A stretch of DNA of 63,999 bases, filler included, from Globobulimina sp. (Eukaryota), in the NCBI GenBank assembly GCA_003354225.1. It is 7 parts of 7 records of this genome, joined end to end, with 100 filler letters (N's around TTAATTAATTAA, not from the genome) between each part and the next. Parts side by side here need not be neighbours in the genome. Positions count along the whole stretch, not along the records: positions 18,985 to 28,344 come from PIVH01000044.1; positions 28,445 to 37,797 come from PIVH01000045.1; 5 more parts are not named here. One strand, written 5' to 3'. Position numbers and translations under genes: made by a program. This document shows, one piece after another, positions 22,840-35,600 of the stretch; within the stretch, counting starts at the first letter, position 1; each line of letters begins with the position of its first letter. The notes beneath the pieces were generated by a model. The model did no database searches. It saw nothing but the letters and a program-made list of their open reading frames with translations, and was not told the DNA's origin.

Positions 22840-25000
22840 ATGGCAACAGTGACTTATTGCAGAATACAAGGCAACGATTTCATTACATATTCAGAGGATT
22901 GGACAACAAAAATAGTACGTAAATTTGGTGCAACAGCTGGTAAACAATTCGCAGAGATTTTAAATGATCAGGTTTGTGTATAATTTTTTTTCATTTTTAA
23001 CAAATTACATTAAATACTTATATACATATATAATTATATATATATATATATGTTTTACATGACCGACACAGTACGCGTCAAAACAGCAATTACTACACGA
23101 TTTAGAAGATCCCCATTGGTTCCATTCATTTATAATGACCAGACTCCATAATTGTAAATCAGCGTATATAAATCGAGATTTTTGCAATACATTTTATATA
23201 ACTTTAAAAGCGATAATCAATGGAAAGGATTACATGTCAAATGGACAACAATTACAATTAATAAAGAATAATATTTTTGATGAATGCATACGTAGAGAAT
23301 TAGAGAAAATTGGATACAATAAACAAGATATTATGCGGATATCATGGAGAGTAAATTCGTTTTGTTTAATATATTCCCGCTCACTAAAAAATTGGTGCAT
23401 TGGTAAAATAATAAAAATATTTATTAACAACCAGACCAATCAAGAATGGTTTCAAGTGACATATGGCAAAAACATAAAAGATATTCAAAGGTTTTGTAAA
23501 TATATTAAGCCGATCATTAATAATAACCATCCTTTGCCTGCTCCTTTATTCAAACATAAAAACACTACAAAACCCACAAAAACAAAACAATATAACAATG
23601 GATTGATATTTCATTTTTATGGCTTAAAAGCGTCAAAACCAAACAACTATAAATCGGGCCTGATTCTGAATGATTTTTTGTTTAAAAATTTAAATAAATC
23701 ATTGCTAACTTCCACAAATTCAACATTACAAAAATATGATACCGTACTATCATTAAAAAAATTCATCCGTAAAACCTTTGACATCTCGCCAGAACATGAT
23801 ATCTTAATAATATTTGCTGATAATATTATATCCAGAAATAATAAACTGAAGCTGCGTAATTTTGGTCTCAGCAATAATTCACTATTATTATTAGCAATAA
23901 ATTGCGATAAATATGATATGGAAAACAATAAAAACGGCACAGATATATATAATTATACGCTATCCATCAAAATGAGAAAAGGATTTGATATCATAACGCA
24001 AGAAGCAAACAGAGAATTATTTAAAATGCCGGTTTGCGGCCATTATATGGACAGACAATCACTGTTTCAATATTCATTAAATCAATTAAAAAATGAAAAT
24101 AATACACATATAAAATGTCCACATAGAAATAATGAGGAAACTGATATGAAATATGAATGGCAGTGCACATTTTGCACTTTTTTAAATGGCATCGATGAGG
24201 ATGTCTGTGAGATGTGTGACAATCCCAAATCAGCAACAAAATTGTTTTGCGAAGCGAGATGGAATTATTGTTTGTTAAAACAAATATTATTGTTCAATGA
24301 TGAAAGTAATTGGTTGAATACCAGCAAGTTAGAATTGTTATTATCACGCAATACAATGCAAAAAGAATGCAATGTGCAGAAATGTGGCAGATGCCAGACA
24401 TTACATTATAGAAATTATACTTTTTTGAGTGATATTAAAACAAAATCCGACATAAAAAGAGCATTTAAAACTGAATGTAGAATTTGTAAGGATTCATTTT
24501 GTTTTTGTTGTGGTGAAGAATGGAGATATGGGCATGTTTGCGACTCCTCCTTTAAAGCTGATGTAATGCAAATTATTCGCAAAGCGGAAACTAAACAAAT
24601 TGGTGATGTTGATGGTGTGCCATCGATTAGATTCTGTCCAAATTGTGCACAGTTAATAAAAGTATGTTGTTTTTGTATGTTATTTTGTAGAAACAAAATT
24701 TATGCGATTTGCTTTATGATTATACAGCATACAGAAGCATGTAAACAGTATGTTATTTTTATATGTTATCTTAAATTAATTTTGTTTGCGTGTTTAATAT
24801 TTGATGTGTTGTTGTTTATATTATGCAGTATGGAATGTAGTCAATGTAATACAGAATTTTGTTTTGTTTGTTTATCGATTTGTGTTGGTGGTCAATGGCA
24901 ATGTGGAAGCTCTGGGGCTGTCTGTCCAGTTTCAAGGCAAAATATTAATGCGTTACCAAATACGATAGTTATTAACAAGAAAACATTTCAATTGTTTTAA
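22840..25000 (+). CDS. RBR (RING-IBR-RING) E3 ubiquitin ligase with ubiquitin-like and RanBP2 zinc-finger domains; introns 22972-23071, 24662-24727 and 24748-24828
   Basis: Splicing restores RING2 CPNCAQLIKHTEACKHMECSQCNTEFCFVC. IBR CGRC..CRIC..FCFCC..H.C, RanBP2 WQCTFCTFLN....CEMC, Ubl DTVLSLKK..LRNFGL. Confidence 0.9.
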
Positions 25001-25246
25001 TTCATTAAACTTTCAGTCGATTGAGTATGTTGTGTTGCTCATCATATTGTTTGTTTAATATAGTTTTATTAATTTTGTAAGAGACTATATAGCTCTTGCA
25101 TTTCTTTACAATTACAATTAATGTTTTATTTGACTACTATAAAAGTTACTTTATTAAAAATTACCTAATAAAATGGAAACGAAAAACACTTTATAGGTCC
25201 TATTCTCAAATTAATTCTGTCAATCAATCAAAAAAGAAAAAAATAT

Positions 25247-28200
25247 TTATAATTTTGAAGTATCATTATACGGAAATGGATAATAACCATATTTTTGCCT
25301 TACTCCCGCAATGTCTTTAATATCCCAATTAATTACATTTTCATCATGAAAACAGGACTCTTTATCATCAATATCCTCCTTTTCCACATTATGTTGATTA
25401 CCAACACATTGTATCGTTAATTTACTTCTTTGTTTTGATTTATTATCAAGAAAATTGTAATAAACATTTAAAATATCAGTTTTTGTTAATTTTTCAATTT
25501 CTTTTGCAACGTTTTCATTTCGTTCAAATTGATATCGATTTTTTATGATTTCCCGCCAATATTTTCCATTTTGCTGAGAAATTGTTTTTGATTTTTCTAA
25601 TAAATTATTAATGACTGATTTCTTATTTAATTCAAAACTCGCATCATCCAAATTGATTAAAAAATCTTTGGTTTGGGTCTGTAAAAAATCTTCAATTCGA
25701 CAATTCAATTTATTTGGATTTGCACAATTTGATTGGATAATAATTCTAAACGACCAGAAACCTTGGTGTGTTGGGTGTGTTGGGTATGTTCTGTCTGCTC
25801 TTGTTTGTGGCGTGAGCTCTGTCTGCTCTTTTGTGTGGTGTGGGCTCTGTCTGCTCTTTTCTGTGGTGTGTTCTGTCTAACCTAAACTCCAAAAATAATT
25901 TTTTTCTGATTGATTGACTCGAACATATGTGTAATCACTTTATGACGCTCAGAACACACACCACACAAATAAGAGCAGACAGAGCCCACACCCCAGACAA
26001 GGGCAGACAGAACACACACAAAAGAGCAGACAGAGCACACCCCAGACAAGAGCAGACAGAACACACACCTTTGCAAATGCTATTAAATGACCACACAATA
26101 TAACCCAACTGCTGTTTGGTACGCAATTCATCGAAACATTTTGCATTTATTATATGACAAAATAATTTTAAGGCGGCAAAATCAGAAATATTATTATCCA
26201 TTTTATATAAATATGTACTCGAAATTGCTGAATTTTTATCTTCTTCGTTGGGACATTTAAACGATACACAATAATTATGATTTGGTGCTAATTTTAAACA
26301 ACCTTTCTTATCATTTAATACTTGCTTTTTTGTATAGTTTGAATCATTATTCTCTTTAATTAAATACTTATCAATCAAATTATAATACGGTTTTATGGTA
26401 TCAATATCATTGATATTTCCATAAATTAATGATTCAATATATAATTTCTCAAATATTCTCTCATATTGTTGACACACCAAATCGTAACTGATTTTTTCTT
26501 CATTTTCTTGCAAATCATACAACGAAACGGCTCGCGGACATAAAAATAACGTATCAATCATATCACAATGCGAATAAGGCTGCGATTTGGCCATTGATAC
26601 AATAATACGATGATATTTTTCTTTATTTATCTCATATTTTTTTTTACATATTTTCAAATTGATAAATTTATGTAATACCGTTTGAACCAATAAATTTAAC
26701 TTATCATTGTACCCTGAAAACTTAAATACGATTCCATTCGAACCATTAAACGCAACAATAAATGACAATGCTGCCTCTTCAAACGCATACGTTAAATCTG
26801 ATAATTCATCATTTAATATCAATATTATTACATCCGTCAAACACTGAGACAGCACCAAATCATTTAAAAACGGTGAATAGCATATAATGGACACACATAA
26901 TTTTGGTTTACGGAATGTTTTATCCATTTTGAACCATATCTTACTTTGTGGCGTCTCACGAATAATATACGGCATATCCTCGGCAGTTTCCTTATTATCC
27001 TCATCCTTGTGCTCATCACATAAAATTTTGAAATCATCCGCAATGTATTTATTCTCCAAAGGCGTGAATAATTTCTGTTCATCAATCACAAAATCACCAG
27101 TTTCAAAGTCAATGGCTTCTTTTTTATACAATGTACCGTACCATTTCTCTTTCTCTTTACATTCACTCTCAAACTCTTTGCTTACTAATTGATAATAACA
27201 ATTCTGTGCAGTTAAACAATTCAAATATTTCCACATTAAATCGTAATTATATTCGAATAATAATCCACTTGAAAACTGCAAGAAATGCTCTCTCGGGAAA
27301 TATCTCTGTAAATTCATTGCCAATGAACGTGAATACCCATATTCTTTTTCTTTCCCTTTGAAATTAAAATTCATTTCTCGAACTTTCCTTCGTTCAATAA
27401 AATAACTCTCCCACTCCTTACCTGTCAACAGTTTCATTTTCGAAATATATTTATAAACAATGCCAATAATTTCTGTATATCTCTCCAATCCATTCGGTGT
27501 CAAATCAATCGTAATATTCATCATACAAAATTCAGGCAAATTATAGTTTAAACCCGCCATTAATCCGCTGGCTAAGCCCAATTCTTTCAAATAGGACAAG
27601 ATAGAACCAACACACTCATCGCCTAAGCAAAAAGACAACAAATTCATACACGTACTGGCCGCTGGTACATAATAGCAATTTGAGTCCATGACCCAATTTA
27701 ATTTAAGTTGGCGTTTCTCGACAATGGGTACTAACTTATACAAATAATTAACGTCCCCAAAGACCTGTGGATATATCCCATATTGCGGTGGCTTGATTTT
27801 TTTATTTCGAATGGGCGAAAATGAATTTTCCGCCAATTCACATAATTGATTCACGTCTTGTTTGCCCACAATGGCTAACTTCATGACTGAGGAAGAATAG
27901 TATTGCTCGTAAAATGACAATAACTCCGCTCGGACATTTACGGATTTGTCGACATCGGTTTTTAAAGTCCGTATATTTCCAGTACCAAATTTATGGAATG
28001 GATGCGATTTATTTGCTAATGATTTATCAAATTGATACAAACGATGTGCATCACTTTGTTCATTGTTGCTATTCTCAGAGTTCACTGCGTTTAATTCGCG
28101 ATCTGTGGCGGATTCGGTGAACAATGGATCTATGAAAAACTGAGCAAAACTATGTATATTTAATATCCTTGCACTCCGGCAAATATTTAGCAACTTTGAG

Positions 28201-28344
28201 GACGACATACCGGTCAATGGCTTGTGGCAAATACTCGCTGCCGACGTCAAATTGGTAGCAAGTGTCGTGCATTCCGGTGGACGCATTGCTTGATCCACCG
28301 TGATCTTTTAAGAATTGTTTATATTCAGCCTCGTCGGGATATTT
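25247..28344 (-). CDS. IDE: Insulysin/pitrilysin family M16 metallopeptidase, 5' truncated; introns 28150-28210 and 25762-26068
   Basis: KYPDEAEYKQFLKDHGGSSNAST, DRFAQFFIDPLF, RELNAVNSE, HPFHKFGTGN, FDELRTKQQLGYIV and FRIIIQS. Confidence 0.92.
25765..26069. mobile_element. 305-bp non-autonomous foldback/MITE-like element forming an intron in the insulysin gene
   Basis: Termini GGTGTGT...ACACACC, inverted arms of repeated TCTGTCTGCTCTT / AAGAGCAGACAGA, TT on both flanks, and a second copy at ~47052-47222. Confidence 0.85.
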
Positions 28345-28444
28345 NNNNNNNNNNNNNNNNNNNNNNNNNNNNNNNNNNNNNNNNNNNNTTAATTAATTAA
28401 NNNNNNNNNNNNNNNNNNNNNNNNNNNNNNNNNNNNNNNNNNNN
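28345..28444. other. Artificial contig spacer
   Basis: N44-TTAATTAATTAA-N44. Confidence 0.98.
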
Positions 28445-29587
28445 TCTGTTTAATCTCATTTGGTTGCTCATTGTTATAAACAATAATCATACCCTTTGCT
28501 ACCACCTTCATTGCAATGTCATTATCATCACCACTCAAATTTATTTCATTATCACTCCATTTTATAAACGGTATACATTTTATTAGCACAGCTCTTTCAT
28601 TACGAATGATTCCTAAAATGGCTTGTTTTATAAAGAAAATTGCCAAAATTCTCGAAGTGCTCGACAAGAGCGAGTGTAATGATAATGTGGCATTAGTCAT
28701 TGATACATTTATTTTATAATCATGCTCTTCTGGGGATAAAAATTGATGCGCAATGGACAGAAAACAAAAATAAGCGCCAACCAGTGCTGCAAGTATTGCT
28801 TTCCATCGTTTTGTGGCAGGGAAGCCATCCACGGCTGATATTGCCATTGTAGTTAATATGAGCACGAATATGTTAACAATGTTGTTTATCAGACCCAGCA
28901 TAATAAACACCTGCGAACAATGAGACAGACACCATTTATAATAATAAAAACAGGTTAACATTCCATAAATCGCAGCATACATACTTTTAAACCAAAATTC
29001 GAAGGAATTCATCAATAATTTAAAAGCAGATCGATTTGTTGCTAAAAGCCAAATAATTCCAAAAGGTATCCACAATAAACATTGCATTGAAAGAAAATAT
29101 AATTGCATCACCCAAATGAGGTTGAAATCGTCAAATTGCGTAGAAATACCAAGGAAACCCACATAAATTATAACAGACAAACCAACCACTATTTGGATTG
29201 CTTTATTTCGTAATGCATTTAACATTGTTTTTGAATGTTTTTTCCGCAAAATACACGCAAAAATGTGTCTTTTTCATCAAATGCATAATAAAAATTATCA
29301 TCACATTCAATATTGTTGGGGTTATTATTTATTTTTATTGATGGATTTGGTTGATATGTTTTGGTAGTTTGTATTATTTCCTTTATTTGATGCAATTCAT
29401 TCTTGTTTAATCTGTCCATATTAATAAAATAATCTGTTAATATCGCATCAATACCACCTAACACTTGAACAATTTGTAAGGTATTATGGTTGTTATTCTT
29501 TCCATTCAACAATTGTTTTTCATGCAAATTGTACAATGATTTTACAGAGATTTCACTATCAATGGAAGATTTTGAATTTTGTGACAT
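28445..29587 (-). CDS. Multi-pass membrane protein of unknown function; 1-nt frameshift at ~29240; 3' truncated
   Basis: The ORFs at 29219-29650 and 28389-29249 join if an A6 run is A7; about 6 TM segments. Confidence 0.7.
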
Positions 29588-29688
29588 GTTGGATCTCAGC
29601 AGAAGTTTTTTAGTATTCTTGCCAAGTCGAGTGAAAACGTAAATGTTCACCTAATTATCCTTGCACTCAACAAAGCCACTTTAACGGC

Positions 29689-32600
29689 ATGGCCTCGTTG
29701 CCGCGTGGTGCCGGCGTATCACAATTTGCATTATTAAGAGAAGAGTTGAAACAAGATTCAAAGGAGCAGCAACCCTCACATCTGCCAATGACAATGCGAG
29801 AGATATTAGAGTGGCAGCCCGATTTAGAAGCATTTCTAAGCAAAATCAACAAGCAACACAAAAGTTATATGAGTTACATCTCGCAAATATATAATGATCT
29901 GCGAAAAACGCCATATCCGCATACAAACGGCGACGTAATCTGCATTTATGAGAGTGTGACCCAGCAAGGCTTGAAACGAATGGGTTGTAATATGTGCAAT
30001 GAATATCAGTACATTGCCAATGACGCACAGTCGGCCCCATGCCAAATGGCAGCAGATTTTGGTGGGCAAATGAAGGCCTTTAATATGGACGAAATGAAGG
30101 ACCATTTTGCAAATAAGGCTCATTTAAACGTCAAGAGATATGTTGGAATGATGCAGTTCAAAGACAAACTGTTAAAGCATGAATTTGGTGGCAACGACCA
30201 CATTGTGATAAAATTACGCGAATTGACTGAGAAAATGTTGCAAGAATCGGTTCCAATTATTTTTAACAACCACACCTCGCATTTATTGATGTTGAAACAA
30301 AGCAAACCGCCGTTATATCCCTTCGATAAATCGTCCATCAAAAAAGTGAAGAAGCAGTTGGGCGATTTGTTGGCATTCAGTTTGCCTCAAAATGAGTTCG
30401 TAGAAGAGATCATTTATCAATCGATGCAAGAATCGAACATTCATACTTTTAATAGAAATACTTTTCATATTCTACGAGACATAGATTGCATTCCTGGCGT
30501 TTTGAGTGATTTGCCATTCGTGAATAAGGCATTGCAGGTTTTATCCGTTTCCACTCCGATTATCATCAAACGTTTGTTTCAAGCTTTAATCCGAGAAAGC
30601 AAATTGAACCACGCTGCTCACAATGATATGGATTTGAGTCATTTTGGCGACATATTTGAGTCTGCCTTGAAAACCACAAAAAGTACCATTACCAATGACG
30701 TCGTGGCGTTGAATGAGAGGCAAAAAGCGGGCAATGATGGCAACGAATTGAGCTTATTTGAGAATGGCCGGAATAACATCAATGTGGACAACTGGAAATA
30801 TAAAGATATTGATTTGAATCTGTTGTTTGACATTTATAGCATTTACAGGATTGAGCAGTATGTCGACAACGGAAAGTTTGATACTTCGATTGCGGATTTA
30901 CGACATCGATGCGGCGGATTTGTGGATAATGATATCAGCATTGACGAAGCCACGGTGTTTCAGAAAGCCATTCGATATTACATTGAGAACATTGTACAGC
31001 CGATAAATTTAAAGAAAAGCTGCGTTATTAACGGCGATGTCGTGGCGTATATGAATTATATATTCGCTCTCAGCACTTTTTTAAAAGAATTATTGAATGA
31101 AAATAATGAGATTGACGGCGTACAGTTTGATATGGCATTGATTGCACAGTCCGCCATCAATATATATGTCGGGAAAGAGATCGCAAATCAAAGCATTGCC
31201 GGTTTGGACATTGATGATGGTTTAAAGCAATGTAAAATAATATTTGTGAGGCACGAGATAGCGGAGCAAAACTGCACAGATCGGCATTATATCACTGATG
31301 CCATAAACAGCACATTCCACAAAATCAGCACTGGAAATAAGAGTGGTTTGAATGATAAAAGGTTTGTGATATTGATTGATAAAAGAAAGCTGAACAGCAA
31401 CAATGACATATTGTACATGTTTGAGAGTATGGATTATATTGAAAGCGAGCAGAAAAACAATAATATCGGATTGCAATTGGATAATGACGGAATTATGCAC
31501 TATTTGACTCAGCAATATTTAGTTCCAAATGTAAGGAAAGATGACAGTGAAAATAGCATGAAATGGATTGGTAGCATGCAGGCAATGGACGGATATTTAT
31601 TTACGTATTCTTTCCATATCCATTCATACAATGTCTGTCGTTGCTATTTCTATTTTAATGGAGGATGTACTCGAACATTCCCTGAACATTTTGTGCATTT
31701 AATACCAAAATATTTCAATTATAAAGATTCCAAGAAAGAATTTATAAAAATATTATATTCGCCGGATTACAAACACGGTTTTGATTTGGTGCTAAATGAC
31801 GAGATATTTAGCACATATTATCGGCGAATAACTGGTTTATATCACATCACTGTCAATTATCGAAGAATAGGCTCGCAACAAAAGGACGAGTTGGCCGCTA
31901 AGAGTACGAACTTATTATTTATTCCAAAAAAGAACTTGACTGAGTTAACAAAGGAGGAGTTTTGCTTTATTTTGGCGTGGTTTTTGAAGCTGGCAAACAT
32001 TGAAATTGATGCTATGAAATTGAAACAAATCGTGATTACCGAATTAAAATTGGATGGCAATGAGTTTGCTAATATGAGTCGCAAGAACTTTCGCGACGGA
32101 GTTAAAAAGTTGCAGATTGCGGGCGGTCCGGCGGCCAAATTATATAAGAAAATGAAGGAAGAATTGAAGAGCGAGGAAAAAATAGCCACCATTTTAATGG
32201 ATTTTGAGCCTGTTTTAAAAGCGCAGAACAGCGTCGATAATATGATGAATAGTATGGAGGACCAGGACGACGAGGAACAGTTTGTGATTTTGGATGATTA
32301 CAACAATTATAATATCTGCATTGGAGATGAAGATTTGTCATTGAATGAGCTGAATATCGAAGAGATGTTTGTCATTGTCCGGCATTGTATGGATGCGATC
32401 AAATTAGAGACAGACTATGAGCAAATATGCAATTTAGTAAAGGTGGAGATGAAAATGGACGGCGCTGTGTTTGGCAGCGTTGGCCGCAAAGAGTTTGGCA
32501 AAAAGTTGAAGAGCATCGGTGTCAAAGGAGGCCGATCCACCAAACTCTACCGAGAGATCAATATTTTGTGTGCGAATAAGAAGGAAATGAATGAGATATT

Positions 32601-35600
32601 ACGCGATAATTTGCTCGAAGCAGATCCGGAGCAAAAACAAGATGAATTTGCGAAGCCGTTAGAAAAGTTAAGCGCCGACGAAGTGAATTTTGTGTTGCAT
32701 GAAATAATTAGTTCTGACGATAAATTGAATAATGTCCAGATTGATATTGTTTGCATGAAGGAAATAACCATCAAACAGGGTTTGGACGGCAGCAAATTCA
32801 AAAGCATCACACGCAAAGACTTCAAAAAATTGTATGCTTCCTCTGGAATGAAAGGCGGTCATTCATCCAAATATTTGCAAAATTAAGCAAAATCCAGGCC
32901 GATGAGATTGGGATTTATTTGCGACTGAAACAGAAAGAAAAAGACATTGAAAGCAAACACATCGAAGACGAACAAGAAAAGAAATTGGATGAAATTGAAA
33001 AGGAAGAAAAAGAAAAAGAAGAGGGAGATATTCAAGAAATGGAATTAGAGACTCTGAGTATCCAACAATTTCCGCATTTGTTTATCTGCACATTGCAACA
33101 GAAAGCAACGTATGAAAATAAGTTGGAAGAATGCAAAAATATTCTATTGAAGGAGAAAATGGATGGACTCAAATTTAAACAAATGAAACGCAAAGATTTT
33201 GCCAAATTGTTTAAGGCCATTGGAATGTCGGCCGGTCCCTTGGTCAAAATACACAAAACTCTCAAGAATCTGCAGCCGAATGAGATTGGCCGCAAACTAT
33301 TAATCCCGACGCAATGCGACGGCAAACTGTCGGAATGCCCAAATGTCTCAGATTTGTGTAATGTGTTAGCTCTGTTTCACAACAAATCGGTGGAGCAATT
33401 ATTGGCAATTAAAGTAAATATATGGCAGACAGTGCAGATTATAAATAACTACAATCATTTAAGCAGCAAACACAGCTTATTTGGTGACCAAATTTATGAT
33501 TTAGCGGAAGTCCGCAATGAAGACGAAGCGGATCCGCTTATTTTGAGCCCTCAACAGCAATATAAACAATTCCAACATCGAGTTTATACGCTGATATCCG
33601 GTAAGATTGGTCCCTGTCATTGGGAGGGGAATAAATGTTATTTTATAAGGCGGCATTCGCGAGATATTGAATTGGCGGACAATGCGAAAAAGTACGGCAA
33701 TGAGACGAATGCAGTCGTTTTGGATGCAATCGCGTCAATGCATAGCTATATATTTCATAATATGGAGCATCAATTATACCGCTTATTCGATGGACAAGCT
33801 GTGGCCGAAGGGGCGTACACCGATAATACGACAGTGATGCCCGAGGACAGTAATACTGGCTCAAATATGATGGAGTCGACGGATACAAAGACAATAAAGA
33901 TGCGGCAACGGAAAGGGCTGAAGAATAATGGCCACGACGTGTTTTATGCGGAAGTACCAAATGCAAAGTCGTCGCCGTTGGACGATGAGGACAGTGATAT
34001 GGAGCGGGAAGAGGGCGTACCACAAAATAAGTGGCGGCGGACAGATTGTGAGCGATTTTCGACGCCGATAAATGATGCAAATATTACTAGCAATGTTGTG
34101 GTTGCGGTCCCGGTCAAACAGAAACAGAAAGAGCAGAAACCAGTGATACCACCGCTGGCAACCCATTCTTTTACAGATGTGGTTTCCATCCCTTATTCGA
34201 ATGCGTTTCCGTCCGATTACCCCTCGCATCAATCAAATGTCTCCTCTTTGCAGTTGCAGGTCGGCGGGAAAACAATCTCCAACAAATCGCATTCATTGCA
34301 GCAAAGTGGCAGCAAATTCAATACTTCGATGGTGAACGTCAAGAATAAAAAGAAAAACAAAGAGGAGATCTACGCCATCAATTTTGGCGAGAAATTGGAT
34401 GATTGGTTCAGTCCGTTGGAAGGCCCGTTATTTAACAATGTCTACGAAGAGGTGACGCGCAATGAATATGAGAAGATCTTTGAAGAGACGTACAAGGAAA
34501 TCAAGAAAAAGTGTCAAATATTAGCGAAATGCGCGTCCAATGACCAAATGCTGTTCAGTTTGGAGGAGCTGATTGCGATAAAGTTATACACGGATTGTGA
34601 CAAACTACAAAGCAGATTTCGACGCACTTTTTGGAGCGGCACCGCCAAGAAACAGAGACAGTCCTTTTTTCAGTGGGCGCTGATGTTACAAAAAACCATT
34701 TGTTACGGCGCGGTGCCGATTACTTTCGATGTTTTCCATGGTTTGTCCAATTTGTTTACAGTCAAGAAGCTGTTGCCCATTTTCCACGGACCGATATCGA
34801 CCACGACCTCGGCCAATGTGGCCACCAAATTCGCGGATACAAAGGGGATGTTATGGCGGATCCAGCCGCGGCTTTGGAGCGAATTGGAGAATCCCGTCGG
34901 CATCAAAGTGCATTGGATGTCGCGCTTTGAGTATGAAAAAGAAGTGCTTTTAATGAACTGCCCATTGCCGATCCGCAAGACAAAGGCCTTTGAGACTGGC
35001 ATTCATAAACGAATCGAATATTTATTGGATTACTTGGCCAAATATAATGAGCCCATCATTGATAAGAAGAAGTTTTATACGCAAGTCGGTTTAGACAAGT
35101 TGGTGTCGGACAAATTTATGGGCTCCGAACTGGAACGGCTATGGCTGTGCGATTTGGGCAAATCCGAGAATTTGTGGAAAATATCAAAGCGCGCCGTGCC
35201 GCAAAGCAAGTTATTACAATGGATGGGTTCGCGGAAGACCTTAAACCAGAAATATTGGCAGAAATATGTGGGCCAGAAAGTGGCCAATGCGAAGCACACA
35301 TTTTTTAAGAAAATGCAGAAAATCCAGGAACAAGTGACCGAGGAACAGAAAGTGTATTGTTATGGCATGATTTTGTCGAAATTGTTTGAGAATCAACGCA
35401 GGAAATATCAGCAACAATTGGTGCTCGACAAAGAGGAGTTGGCGCGGACCAACGACCCCCGACAACAGCAAATGTTGACGAAAAGAATAAAAAGTATTTC
35501 TAAGACCATTCAGTACGGCGTGTTGGAGAAAAAAGGGGCGACGGAGATGTTGAGTTTGTTGCGGGGATTACCCATCGATAAAATATCCGAAACTGATCCG

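Noticed and set aside
25765-26069. CRISPR array
   Set aside because: The units are short, form two inverted arms and lack unique spacers. There are no cas genes and the context is eukaryotic.
25611-26146. Cys/Val/Leu-rich ORFs (25611-25880, 25882-26076, 25949-26146) and the repetitive tail of the 787-aa ORF
   Set aside because: They are translations of the element arms; splicing restores the conserved insulysin sequence.
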